A stretch of 64,000 nt of DNA from Camelus dromedarius (lineage: Eukaryota). Positions 26,671-39,100 of this stretch are shown piece by piece (positions within the stretch are counted from its first letter, which is position 1; each line of letters opens with the position of its first letter). Made by a program: the position numbers and the translations under genes. Under the pieces are notes generated by a model that saw only the letters and a program-made list of their open reading frames with translations, ran no database searches and had not been told where the DNA came from. The stretch covers positions 105,400,001 to 105,464,000 of the forward strand of contig NC_087472.1 in NCBI RefSeq assembly GCF_036321535.1. Direction: 5' to 3'.

Positions 26671-27769
26671 CTATAAAACTTTACAATAGTTAGCCCTTCA
26701 GTTCACTCTGATAGGAACCTGGGGGAGTTTGAAGCATCAGCCGTGGCAGGAACTCCAGGATGGCTGAGTTACTGGAGGGCACAGTCCCTGCCCCCAGGAA
26801 TTTCCCTTTTCTTTCCCTGCCTCCCTGGACTCTGCCCACAGTCACAGCAGCCACTCCGAAGAGGGTTCCTCGGCGATCAGGCCCTCCTCCCCGTTCCCAG
26901 GCCAGAAGCCATTCCGGGGAATAAGAAGCCAATACAGTGAGGAAACAAAAGCCGGCCCTGTGTGCCTTCTGTCTGCCCGCTGTTGTGAGCACGTGGAAAC
27001 TCGGGGCGGTGCGTTCTCTGGAGGGCAGGAAGTCTGTCACCAGGGGAATCTGTTCCTCTTTATTTTCAAGGACGCGAGCAAATTTAGAGCAGGGTCTTTG
27101 GGGAGGGTTTTGTTCTAGGGTTGTTGTTTTTGGTTTACCCTCCTTCCCTTCAGAGAAGGGTTTAATATAGGCTATTAGCTTGAGACTTGGAGGCGGGTAC
27201 AAACTATCGTTCAGCACAGACGCTTCAGGTCCTGGCTTGGTTATCTGTATTTCTCCGTTTGACACACAATACTTTACCAAGACCTTTGGCAAACGTTCTT
27301 ATACTGAGACTTTCTCTATTGGTATCATATTAACAGAACTTACCTTAGATCGGAGAAGAAAGGGAGAGACCACGTGGGCAGATGAAATGTCTGTCAGGTT
27401 CAAACAGTTCTGTGGGTAACAATAAAGGGGAAAAAATCATTTCGTTAAGCACGGGATTTGACTTTTAAAAGAAGATAATCACATCAATTAATCCACAGAC
27501 AATTATTAAGTGTGTGCTTCTGTCCAGATTTAAATTCAACTAATATTTAGTGGGTGCAGTTAAAGCACCATTTACAGAACTAGCTTGTTCTTAGTAAGCC
27601 CTTTCTATTAGAAAACCAGGCTTAATTTGCATCTGGAATTCCTCCCTCTCATCTTGCTTTCTTGAAGGCCCAGTCATGTGTATTCTGGGGCTGTCCAATA
27701 TTATTTTTCTGCTATATAAATAAAACAGCTGTATGTATGAAAGGGAATAGCTGATGAAAATATCTGACA

Positions 27770-28010
27770 CCTGGTCACCAAGTGCTATTTGCCAGTTACT
27801 GGGCTAGACACTTTATTAAGTATTATCTTGTTTAATTCTGTCACCGGCCCAAAGTGGTAGGTGCTAGGATGCTAAAATGATGCTAGAACGATCTCCGTTT
27901 TACAGTTGAGAGCACTGAGGCATGGCGAAGTTAAACTGCTTGTTCATTCACAGAGCTAGTAAGTGGGAGAGCTCAGATTCAACATTGGTGCCCCCTGAGC
28001 CTTGGAGCCA
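27770..28010 (-). mobile_element. MIR SINE
   Basis: tgctatttgccagttactgggctag...ccgttttacagttgagagcactgaggcatgg...cacagagctagtaagtgg. Confidence 0.75.
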
Positions 28011-28026
28011 TGCTTTCCTTGCCCCA

Positions 28027-28530
28027 CGTGGCAGCCAAGATTCTGAGATGGTATCTGTGATCTCAGCTCCCTGGTGTTACACCGTGATTGTTACGTTCTG
28101 TGACAAAGATGATGGATGTCACTCTCTTGATTATGTGACATCATACGGCAAGTTAGAAGGGATTTTGCAAACTTAACCCTGGGTGGGCCTAACTTCATCA
28201 GCTGGGCGTCCGTAACAGAGGGTTTAGGCCTTCTCTGAGCCAGAGACTCTCTCCTGATGACCCTGAAGAAGCAAGCCACTATGTGTTTTATAGCTTCAAA
28301 GGAAAGAATTCTGCCCCAAAACCACCTGAACTTGGAAGTAGACTAGAGCTTCCAGATGAGAACGCAGCCCCGGCCAACACCTTGATTATAGCCTTGTGAG
28401 ACCCTGAGTCAAGGATCTAGCTAAACCATTCCCAGACTCCTGATGGATTAAAAACTGAGAGGCCATCAATGTGTTGCTTTAAGCCATTGAATGTGTGGTA
28501 ATTTGTTACACAATAGAAAATTAAGCCAAC
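28027..28530 (+). mobile_element. MaLR LTR (MLT1E/F-like)
   Basis: gtggcagccaagattctgagatgg...gcagccccggccaacaccttgattatagccttgtgagaccctgag...ggtaatttgttacacaatagaaaa. Confidence 0.8.
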
Positions 28531-29267
28531 AAATATGCAAACTATTTGATAACACATATAAAACTATGAATAAGAAGTTGGAGCACACAAATATGTAAAA
28601 AATATATTATGTATTTATAAATTACATACCTGAGCTTACTCCCAAATACAGCGTTAGATACACACGTACACACACAAACCAGAAATTACAAAGCACAACC
28701 ACTGTTCTCAGCCACTTCTGTCCTCCACCACTGACAAGGTTCTAACAAGGACCGAAGCTCTAATCTTCATTATCCCTTTACAAACGGACAAAAATAAAAG
28801 GAAGAGGCAGGTTTTTTGACAACCTGACTGTTAGCATCTCTAGGGGGCCATTCACGGAAGGACACAGATTCAGCCTTTTCACAGGCCCCCCAGAGTATGT
28901 GCGTTTTGAGACCCTAGACATTCAAAGGTTGCCCTGATCACTCCCTGCTCAGACCAAACTGAGAGCTGTCAATCAGCAAGGGTTCCTGCTGGCCCAGGGC
29001 TGCACAGCACTGTTTTCAGAGAGGGGAGCATGCTAGTCCAGAAAAGGCCCTTGTGCTCTCGTCTTCCAACTTTCCCACTGCACAAAATTTAGGTTTTTGA
29101 TTTTTGATTTTTTACTGGACTCTCTCGATTTTAGTTTTCCCCACTTAGGCAAGATGCTTCACCAGAAATTATATCACATGAGATGTTTGGTTTACATCCC
29201 ATGCCAGTTCATTGTAGCCATTTTTCTATGTCTATCCATTTCGTGCTGAGCCTTCTAAAAATAGCTT

Positions 29268-29595
29268 GGTCCAGACCAGGAGACTTTTTCTGAAATGGGC
29301 CACATAGTAGACAGTCTCTGTTTTGCAGGCCATGGAGTCTCTGTCGCGGCTACCCAACCCCGCCACTGAACGTGAAAGCCATGGACAAGCCGCAAATGAA
29401 CGAGTGTGCCTATTCAACATTATTTATGAACACTGAAACCTGAATTTTATACAGTTTTTACATGCTGAGAAATAGTATTCTTCTTTCGATTCATTTTCCA
29501 GACATTTGCAAATGTAAATATCACTCTTAGCTATCAGGCTGTAGAAAAACCAGTAGTGGGTATATCTGGCCCTCGGGCCAAGGTTTGCTGACTCT
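29268..29595. mobile_element. MER58B-like hAT-Charlie element
   Basis: actttttctgaaatgggccacatagtag...gcaggccatggagtctctgtcgcggctacccaac...ctggccctcgggccaaggtttgctgactct. Confidence 0.85.
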
Positions 29596-30344
29596 AATGT
29601 GTAGAGAGATGCTATCAGAATTAATGAATTAATCACTGTAAAAGAGCTTTCTCTTTTGGGAATGAAAATTTTATGGCTGAAAAAGTAGCAGTATTAGATA
29701 TGTACTAAATTAGCAAAGATGTCCTTATAGTGATCAGGTTCACGAATTAGGACAAATCTTCAAAGAGGAGGCTGATTTTACTATTGCTAATGGAACTGGT
29801 ACTGGCTATGCACTTCATTCTACACAAGAAACTCAGGAGACCAGGATGCACCTTGTGGTTCTTACAACTAAAGACTCAGGTTGCAGGTTAAAATTCCCAT
29901 CGAGTCCTTTGCACGGTGTGACATACACAGGTCAGCATGTATGAAAAATGGGCTGCGTGATGGCAGAATCCTTAAATGTGATTGGTGGCAATCAGCCAAG
30001 ATAATCAAACCATAAATGACTCAGCCATAGCCAGATCTCTGCCAACTTCAGATAATCATGGGCAAACTCAAATATCCAGTCTTTCTATGTCCTCATTCGT
30101 CACGCTGAACACAAAACATATAATTTTAGTCTCAGATACAGTTGACTGTAGTGTCACGCTGGCATTCGGTTATGAAACAAACAAGTATAACTTTAAAAGA
30201 TGTAAAAGGCTAGATTACAGTTTGCGCGGTCTTAAGGAAAGCATCTTCTTAGCCAATGGGAAATGCGGCAACCCCATTTTCCAGAATTCAAAATTCTTAG
30301 GCACCAAATTAATATATACATAATTTTACCTTTTACAAACCTCC

Positions 30345-30404
30345 AAGGGAAGGAGGGGAGGAGGGAGGGGAGGAGGAAAGGGGGGAAGGAAGGAGGGAAG
30401 GAGG
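30345..30404. repeat. Poly-purine (GGAR)n tract
   Basis: gggaaggaggggaggagggaggggaggaggaaaggggggaaggaaggagggaaggagggaa. Confidence 0.9.
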
Positions 30405-31943
30405 GAACCATTGTTTCAGAATTACACAGAAAACCATTCTCATGGTTTCGTGTTGTCCTGTTAGGCTGGACTACACCAATTTTATGTCACTATATCCTCT
30501 ACAGTGTAACATGTTGATGGATGATGAAAAATCAGGAGTATCCACTTGGGCGGTCTGGCAAGACTCAGTTGAAAGTAAATATAAGCTCTCTGGAGATATC
30601 TACCATGCGGAATGTTCTTTTTAAAACACATTGTTTGTTTTAATCCAATGGAAAAAAGAAGATAAAAACTGAGGAATAAGATCTATAAAGAGAAAGAACA
30701 AATATTAAGATTGGCAAGTGGAAAAAGGCTGTCAGGGGGTGGACTTAAAGCCAGTTCAGCTTTCAGATTGTCCTGGCAAAACTGTCATTAGAGGGAAGGA
30801 TTAAGGCCCACCTGAGCACAACACCTTGGTTTAACTCAGTAAGTCTTTCTGAAAAGTCTCTTTGTATATGTCTTTATAGTGTTTTCGAAAACCGCTTTCT
30901 GTCTATATGACTATATATATATATACACACACACAAACATTTGAAAAATATAGAGAAGTGCAAAGAAGAATATATAAAGAATTACTAAGCAAATCCACCA
31001 GCTATAACTATTGCCTTCTGTTTCTACAGAGAGCTTGTATTATTTAAGGAGACGGGTATTATTGTCATTATTACAATAAATTGCTCAAGCTTTTTGAATT
31101 CCAAGAGTCAAGTAAGATTAATAACCCAACATCTAACTATAGAACCATGGAAACTCTAACCTAGAAAGGGCACGACATAGCCAAGACCACCCAGATTCTC
31201 AGATGTCCCATCAGGGTAAGAAATTAGTGTTCTCGAACTCATAGTCTAGCTCTCAAAGGGCAAGATGTTTCAGGCAATCATCCTAAGCAAGAACCAGAAT
31301 TTGTCCTCAGCCCCGAAAGAGCTATGATTTGCAAAATACCAGCTTCTTTGCAAAATGAGACCTTGATGCCGAAAAGAATCAGTGTTCCTTAACTTTTGTA
31401 GCTCTCTAATTACAGAGAGGAGTTTTAGACTTACCCCCAGAGGTTTTAATATTGTTACCTTAATTTATAGCCGTTCTTTAATTGTAATAGGCAAATGAAA
31501 GTTTTAATTATAATCAAGCAGGTCTCCATATGGAAAGACTGCATGGCTGGCTCATCCTCAACAGAACATGTGCCTTCAGTTATTTTCTGGGGGGCAAGGG
31601 GGGACCACAGGGAATAGTCACCCACCCCGAGTCCAACAGCGTACATTTGTACAAGATCTCTCTGGACAAAGCTAGGACTGAGACCTCAGCTATAGCATCA
31701 CACAGAATTAAGAAGCCATGTTAAATCTCTAGTCTTGATTTTCTCTCCTTTATACACCAAGCAGCCTGCCATCAACTATTACAAACAGAAAATAGATCTT
31801 CACTATGTTAACATAGTGCGCCAACAAGACAGGAGGAATATTGAATTATTAAAATGAATCTATGTTGAATACTTAGTACCTCAGTACCCAATTAAAAGAC
31901 GTTACCATTTGTTGTCTTTGTTTCATTTCTTTCAATAAACTTT

Positions 31944-31986
31944 TTTAAAAGTTTATTTTTTATTTATTTTTTAACTTTTTCATTGA
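31944..31986 (-). mobile_element. Extremely truncated L1-type tail insertion
   Basis: A 43-nt T-rich insert flanked by the perfect 16-bp direct repeat tctttcaataaacttt (31928-31943, 31987-32002). Confidence 0.75.
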
Positions 31987-32002
31987 TCTTTCAATAAACT
32001 TT

Positions 32003-32620
32003 ATCTTGTTTGTCATAACTAACAAATGAACGGCTATGTTACTGTTAATGAAAGGCATGACTTTATTCTAGTTTCACCTGTTTTTCCACCAAATGTCCTC
32101 TTTCTGTTCCAGAATGAAATCCACAATCCCACACTGCATGCCATCACCATGTCTCCTTAGTCTCCTCTGGGCTGTGACAGTTTCTGCATCTTTCCACATC
32201 TTTTCATGACTTTGACAAGTTTTAGTAGCATTAGTCAGGAATTTTCTAGAATGTCCCTCGATTGGGGTTTGTGTGATGTTTTCCTCATTAGACGGGGGTT
32301 ATGTGTTTTTGGAAAGAGGCAAAGTTCCCTTCTCTTCACGACACATCGGCAGGTACCTGATATCTGCATGACATCACTGGCAATGTTACCCTGTATCACT
32401 TAGCTAAGGAGCTGTCTGCCAGCTTTCTCCACTATAATATTGCTATTTTTCCCTTCCCAGTCCATACTCTCTTCTTTGGAAGGAGTCACTGAATCTATCC
32501 CAGTGGGGTGGAGGGTGGGAAGGGATTAATCTCACCCTCTTGGAGGGAGAGTATCTACATACATCATTTGGAATTTTTCTGTAAGAAAAATGTGTCTCTT
32601 CTCCCCTAGAATGCGATCTT
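32003..32620 (-). mobile_element. Old L1MC-like 3' region
   Basis: aatgtcctctttctgttccag...gtctccttagtctcctctgggctgtgacagtttc...tagaatgtccctcgattggggtttgtgtgatgttttcctcattagac. Confidence 0.75.
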
Positions 32621-33504
32621 CTAATGCCCAGAGCACGGTGACCAGCCAAATTTTCATTCAGAGAAAACTTCTTTTGAAACTCAACAGTTCACTAGAGAGC
32701 TATTTTAATGCAAGTCAATTATTGCCAGACACTGAATGCTATGTTCTTTTAGGAAAATTTCACCTTGCCATCTAGGTGAAACCTGATATTTCACTGTCTA
32801 ATTAACAGTGAGCTTGAGGTAGGTTAAGAAATGAAAGGGTAGGGCAAAAAGGCGTGAAAAGGGTAGAAAGTAGAAGGGTCAGGCCAGCTGAAGGGCGCAC
32901 CTGCTGGTGTAATGGGTTATTACCTGCCACGAAACCTGCCCGCTCAACGGGAGGGAATTCCTCCCAGGGCACTAGCTGGTCAGGTCAACTCACCCAGAGA
33001 CAGGTTTTTACCTGGTTATTAGTCCACTAATCAATGGTCATTATGCTTTATGCATTTGAGTTCTTCATCTCTGACTGGTAACAGAAAGGGTTTTGCTTGG
33101 GTACCAATCGAACACTATGGATAAACTCTACATGAAATGATTAGTGGTTTAAATAATTATAATCAAGTACATGTATTACCATGGACGTACAATTTTAGCT
33201 TTGTTCACCAGACCCTTTCATCGACTGGGAAGATGTTTTCTGATCTACGACATTTGGGTAGATGACTTGGTTCTTTTGTCCAGATTCCTTTTTTTTCTCT
33301 TTCTCATTTGGTTGTTATTGCTGTTCTCTTCTCTTTTTATTATGTATTTTTTCAGGGGGTTTTTACAGATTTTTTTGATAGCCTTTTCACCAGAGCTTTG
33401 CTATCCTGGGGTGGGAGGGGTCTCTCTGCAAATTCTTCTTCCTTGTAACCCTGTGGAAAACATGGGTCCCTACGTACGATGGCGTCTACTGGACAAGCTC
33501 TATT

Positions 33505-34021
33505 TGTAACAGGGAAGGACAAATCTGACTCCATATTAGATCTGTTCCTTTAGCTCAAACCCTGTGCTCTGTTCCCTGTGCTGAGTCACGCTGGTTCTGC
33601 ACCTTTTGTAAAAGAATGTTGCCTCGAGCCTGAAATCTACAGGAGAGCCCATTCTCAACGCTCTGACCTTTAAGGGTGCAACACTCTTCCATTCATACAG
33701 AGATCAAAAGTTGCAGAACAGTATGTGCCTTGTGGGAGGTTTACAGGGACACCATGACATGACCTGACCTGCGTGAACAGCTGCAAGAACAAAGGATTCC
33801 AACACCAAGAAATCTGCACCAACCAACCACACCCCCTCCCCTTTTTAGTATAAAAGGAGCCTCAATTCTGACTTGGGGAAGATGTTTCTCCAGGACATTA
33901 GCCCCCATCTTCTCGGTCTGCCAGCTTTCTGAATAAAGTCATCATTCCTTGCCCCAACACCGCTTCTCCCAATTGACTGGCCTGTCGTGTGGCAAATAGA
34001 ACGAGTCTGGACTCAGAAACA
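33505..34021 (+). mobile_element. ERV1-like solo LTR, family A copy 2
   Basis: tgtaacagggaagg...ggactcagaaaca, collinear with 15769-16288 and sharing its TATA, poly(A) signal and AP-1 motifs. Confidence 0.9.
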
Positions 34022-34579
34022 TGTGTCCTTCTGCTGCGTTCACACCCTCCTCCCACCCCCTACCCCTTGCCTTTAGAACTCTTCTGCAGTAAGATTTACC
34101 CCGACATGTGGGAAGTGGTTCTAGAGTTCTCTTTTAAATCACTATGTGCTGTGGTCGGAGGAAATCCAGTCATCTGGTGAGGGAAAGGCTGGTTTCTTAG
34201 CTGAATCCCACCTGGTGAACTATGCAGATGAAAAGAAAACCAATCAGTCTCTGGGCAAATGCCTGGTTTCCTCCCTTTAAAGCATCTCCATGTGGCCCAT
34301 GTTATTGGATCAGAGGAGCCACCATACTTAATGTTTATGGTCAGAAATGTGATTGTTATGAATACTTTGTTAGATCAGAATACATCCTCCTCCCCTAAAC
34401 ATGGCAAGTGGCAAAGAAGTTGACTGATTATTCATAGACAGGGCAAAGTAAGTAGACAGAGAAACAAAGTAAGTAGATAAAGCAAAGTAGAGGATGTGGA
34501 GATAAGCTGCTGCCAATTGATGATATTCACAATTTAAAACAACGTTTTAATTAATGAACGTGAGTTCTGGATCGAGTCA

Positions 34580-35075
34580 CCCAAGTGTAGGAAGTGCAGA
34601 CCACATACTGAGCTGCACCATTCCATCAGCATTAGCGAAATCCAGACTGTGAGAAACTGTACGAGTCAAATGCCCCAGGTACTTCAACAGAAAAACTATA
34701 AGGAAAAGGAAGAGGTGGAGGGGGGAGGCTATAGATGCAAAGACACACATTTTAAAAAATGACTCAGACATATAAACTTGTGTTAAGAGTATAGCACCTA
34801 GGGGTGCACGCCCAAATGCTAAAACCATAAGAAAACAAAAGCCAATTATGAGTATAAACGTAGGGCGGGGGTTAATTCGGGGGTGTTGACTCTGGAATGG
34901 AGCTGAAATAGGGCAGCTGGGATAGGTGGCAAAGTTCTATTTCTTGTCCTGAGTGACAGTTATAAGAGTTGGATGTTTGTCTTATAATAGCACATTAAAC
35001 CATGCATTTGGGTGGGGTTTTTTTTTTTTTTTTGTAGTTTTGCTTTTTAAATGTTTTACAATAAACACGTTAAAA
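34580..35075 (+). mobile_element. Old L1 (L1MC/L1ME-like) 3' end
   Basis: aaatccagactgtgagaaactgtacgagtcaaatgccccagg...ggcaaagttctatttcttgtcctgagtgacag...ttttacaataaa. Confidence 0.6.
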
Positions 35076-35799
35076 TGTCTTTCATCAGTTACCAATAATT
35101 ACAACTTGGGAGACTGCCTATTTAAAACTCTGTATTTCTGCCTTCTCTTGAAAAATCAGAAGATTCGGCAACGCTGGGTTCGTGTTTCCTCATGGTAACT
35201 GGCAGCAGCCGAGAAGGTGCTGGCCCCCGCGCCCCTCTCCGGATAGAGCTTGGTGTCTCCAGTTATTTATGTGACCTGCTGGGCACCTATAGACACATCA
35301 GTTTGTGGCCCCAGTTCTGCTGCGCCCCATCCCAGAAGCCTTCAGTCTGGTGAGAGAAATCAATCTTTAGTTCATCATGCTCCTCCAGTGAGGAACGGAC
35401 TCTCAGTCTTCATAGAAAGTGCCAGAAGAATGCAGTGGGAATTGCGGGAGAGCTCAGGCCAAGGGGAGATGCTGGAATGACGACCAAAAATGTGATAGGT
35501 TGATGAGAGATGAGATTTTCCAGGATGACGGGGGATAGAGCTTACCTACTTGGGCATTTGGATTAAAAAAAAAATAGGAAAGGATATTTGTACGTCTATG
35601 AGAGTTTAGCCCTTTTCCCCCCCTAACTAAGCAATGTCATTGATTGCAATGCTGATTTTCTTTAAATTCCAAAATAATTGTGTTGACGTTGCATCTTTAC
35701 ATTTCCTAATTTCTATTTTTGATTCACTGTGATGGATTATCTTTTACATTCCATGTCAGTGCAGGTGTAAAGGCCTCAAAAAGGAGCAGAGAAGAGATA

Positions 35800-36030
35800 A
35801 GCAGCAGCCACCGTTGACTAGTATTTCCAGCACCCAGATACATACGCTACCTGGAACGTAATTAACCTCAAGAGCATGGATTGTAGTAAAATGATTAGGC
35901 AGTGATGAGTTATGAGTACTTGTTACCTTTACTTTTATTTTGTTGTAAGTTTATACAAATTTTTAATAGTGGCTATGTTGAACAACTAGCTCTCAAATTT
36001 CTGGAAAATTTGATCAGTGGCTCTTGCCAC
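35800..36030. mobile_element. hAT-Tip100-like (Arthur/Zaphod) fragment
   Basis: taaaatgattaggcagtgatgagttatgagtact...aacaactagctctcaaatttctggaaaatttgatcagtggctct. Confidence 0.5.
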
Positions 36031-36530
36031 TAATAATAATGAAACTTCTGGAATGGCTCACAAAAAACTGTTCACAGTGGCTGCCCGGGAGCTGGAGGTT
36101 AGGGGAACTTTTTCGTCTAGTCCATTCTATGTTGTTTGATTTATTTTAACTAAACAGATGTACATTATTTTTATAATAATTTTTAAACTGTAAAAATATG
36201 ATTAAATGCCAGTTGTATAAGGCAAGGGGAGATAAAAATATATATTTGCTCTCACAAATATCTTGGAGGCAAAGCAAGAACCTAATCAAGACAGCAAGGG
36301 AAATTCATTGAAGGGGAATATAGTTCTCATATTGTTTCAATATTTGAACCATATAACCGTATTCTGAGTTTAAAAAACGTTAATAATTAAAAATATTTTT
36401 AAAAGGTCAACTGCTATCCCCCACCTGCCCCAAATAGGAGAAACTTTGTATCATTTAGGACTACATACTGGAGACTGCCTCTCTTGAGGATATGCTCCCA
36501 TTGAAATCATAGACTTTCCCCTGGTTTCCA

Positions 36531-36665
36531 GGGGAGGGTAATAGCTCAGTGGTAGAGTGCCTGCTGAGCATGCACGAGGTCCTGGTTCAATCCCCAGTAC
36601 CTCCCTTAAATAAAAATAAATAAACTTAATTACCCCCTTTCCCCAAAAAAAAGCTTAAAAAAGGA
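36531..36665 (+). mobile_element. Camelid tRNA-Ala-derived SINE (vic-1 type)
   Basis: ggggagggtaatagctcagtggtagagtgcctgctgagcatgcacgaggtcctggttcaatccccagtacctcc. Pol III A box and B box (36584-36593), then aaataaacttaattaccccc and an A tail. Confidence 0.92.
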
Positions 36666-37159
36666 ATTTAAGGTTCAATTTTTTAAAAATGTAAAAATAA
36701 TTTACAAAAGCACAGCCACGACATGTGAAGATGTTGGCTGCAAACAAGCCCTAAGCTGACTCTTAAAGACGCCATGACAGTACTAGCCTGCCTCAGCCGC
36801 ATCTCGACAGGGCCTCTGAAAATATCCCCGATGACGTGGCCCCTCTACGATGCTGAGTCTAGTCAAGCAGAACAAGCCCACAGGCCTACATGTATAAGCT
36901 GCTTTCATTTCTAATACTGTCAGCTAACAAATTTTGAAATGGCATTCATCGGTTTCTCCGTCTAAAGTGGAACACATAAAAATCATGTTCACATTAGAAG
37001 GAATGGTAGAGTTACAAATTCACCTTTTTGCTGACATCCCAGAAATAACTGATTCAGGTAAGAATCATTAAGAAATGCCAAAACCATGGGGTGAAAGTTT
37101 GAGGAGGAAGAGGAGACTTGAGTCGTGAAGTATTGACCCACAATTACTTGTCAGTTACA

Positions 37160-37630
37160 AAGGGCGCATGCTCGTTTCACCGGACAGAAAGCTGGTGCAA
37201 CCAGCGAAACAAGCGGTCACAGTCATCACCAGCGATGGGACTGACGGGCATCACGTGCCTCCTCAGTGAGGCACCCAGGACACGACATCCCTCACGGGCG
37301 CTCCTACAAAAATGGTCTGATTCTAAGCATGAAAAAAACATCAAGCCAACCCCACTGACAGACAGTCTACAAACCAGCTGGTCTGTATTCTTCCAAAATG
37401 TGAGTGTCTTGAAAGAAAGAACAGCTGAATGATTGTTTCAGATTAAAGAGACGTGACAATGAAAAGCAGCGCGTGATCTGGGATTGGATCCCGGTGAGGA
37501 GGCAGGAAACGGCTGTTAAAGACATTAACGGAACAACTGGCAAAATCTAAGTATGGACTTTGGCTTCTATAATATGAGCAGTGTACTGATGTTCAATTTC
37601 CTCGGTACTGTGGTTATGGAGGAGCATGTC
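37160..37630 (+). mobile_element. Old L1MC4-like 3' region
   Basis: acagtctacaaaccagctggtctgtattcttccaaaatgtgagtg...gtgatctgggattggatccc...aaagacattaacggaacaactggcaaaatc. Confidence 0.75.
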
Positions 37631-37654
37631 CTTATTATAAAAGCTACCCTCTCT

Positions 37655-37815
37655 TGAGCACCTGTAATGTACGAGGTACATGTCTTTCTTTCAGCTCTTA
37701 GAGCAAGCCCACGTGTTGGGGCCATCCTCTCCCCCACTCTGCAGACAAAAAAAAGCGAAGCTCAGAGAAGTTCTGAAGCCAATGCAAGGTTACACAGCTA
37801 GTAAGGAGCTGACCA
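37655..37815 (-). mobile_element. MIR SINE
   Basis: cccactctgcagac...gaagctcagagaagttctgaagccaatgcaaggttacacagctagtaagg. Confidence 0.6.
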
Positions 37816-38821
37816 GGAACAAGGGACGAGTTCAGTGGCGACAGCATGAAAAAGTGTATCATTTGTCTGTTGGCACTTGGGAACCTGGATGAAGGACTGG
37901 GACACTGAGGTTCTTGGAGTGGAATCAAGACGGGGGTGTACAGGACGGCTTTGGCAACGTCTGCGGAGGGGAGGGTTTTAAATCATTGTGAAGTGACTGC
38001 CTAGGAGTTCATGCTAGATTGAGCAAAACTAGGAAACGGGGCTCTGAGGAGGCAGGAGGTTGGGGAATGGATGTCTTGATAAATGTGGCTCTGACTCATG
38101 CTGAGAAAACATCTTACATCACAGGCCAGTAAACACACACTCTCACATAAATAAGTCAAACAGAAGTTCGATTAAACAATACCTACCGTCACCACGCAGG
38201 AGAGGCGGGTCAGTCCTGTTCTGTTTCTCCTTAGAGGTTTGTTTTGGCTTGTTCTATTTTTTTTTTTTTTTTTTTTGGTTTGCTTCGTTTCTTCTGCTGG
38301 CAAGAGTCAACTCAACTGATCTCCTGAAACTCTAAGGGGACACGGCCTGTGGTTTGAAAACGGGGCTCTGCGGTGTGGCCCAGGGTGGGGGAGTCAAGGT
38401 TAGAACGGCAGTCAGCTCTCTGGTTTGGCGACCCCCCCCTCGGCCTGCCCTCCTTAGCCACGCCTAGGCCCCTCCCAGCATCGTTCACCTGGTCCCGTGA
38501 CCCAAAGCCTTAACTACTCCCCCCCCCCCCCGTGCCTGAAAAGCCCTAATTGGAAACACCTGTGGTAGCCAGCCTGCTAGCAGGGGCCCACGTCACAAGT
38601 GGCCTCGGTCAAGCCGAACGCCTGACAAATTCTGAATATACCTGGACATCAACAGATGTTGGAGTCCGCTTCCGGGAGAGAAGGAGAGAGAAAATAAATC
38701 ATGGCTGTTTCAAAGGAATATGGTTGAAAGGGTAGCGTTGCCTCCCTGGGGGCAGGTGGGCCTTACTGCCCGAGTTAAGCGTCAGTTGACCTCAGCTCTT
38801 TCTAATCTGAAGAATTCATTC

Positions 38822-39100
38822 GGAGGGAGGGATGTATTAGGAATCTGGGATTAACAGATACGCACTACCGTATACAAAATATACAAACAACAAGGACCTA
38901 CTGTACAGCTCAGGGAACTAAATTCAATACCTTGTCATAACCTATAATGGAAAAGAATCTGAAAAAGGAGTAGATATATGTATATGTAGAACTGAATCAC
39001 TTTGCTGTAGACCAGAAACTAACACAACATTGCAAATCACCTCTACTTCCATTTAAAAATAAATCGATCAATGAAAAATAAATAAAATAAAATGTTTAAA
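38822..39100 (+). mobile_element. L1 3' end
   Basis: gggattaacagatacgcactaccg...aaggacctactgtacagctcagggaac...gctgtagaccagaaactaacacaacattg followed by an A-rich tail. Confidence 0.9.

Noticed and set aside
26690-27292. 200-aa minus-strand ORF
   Set aside because: No recognisable homology and no supporting gene structure.
16289-33504. Full provirus between the two family-A LTRs
   Set aside because: 17 kb is too long and there are no gag/pol/env remnants. There is no convincing primer-binding site (tggggacacccc only loosely resembles one), no polypurine tract and no shared TSD.
36531-36605. tRNA-Ala-like sequence with A and B boxes
   Set aside because: It continues into a SINE body and A tail, and a diverged second copy lies at 3165-3311. 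It is a SINE, not a tRNA gene.
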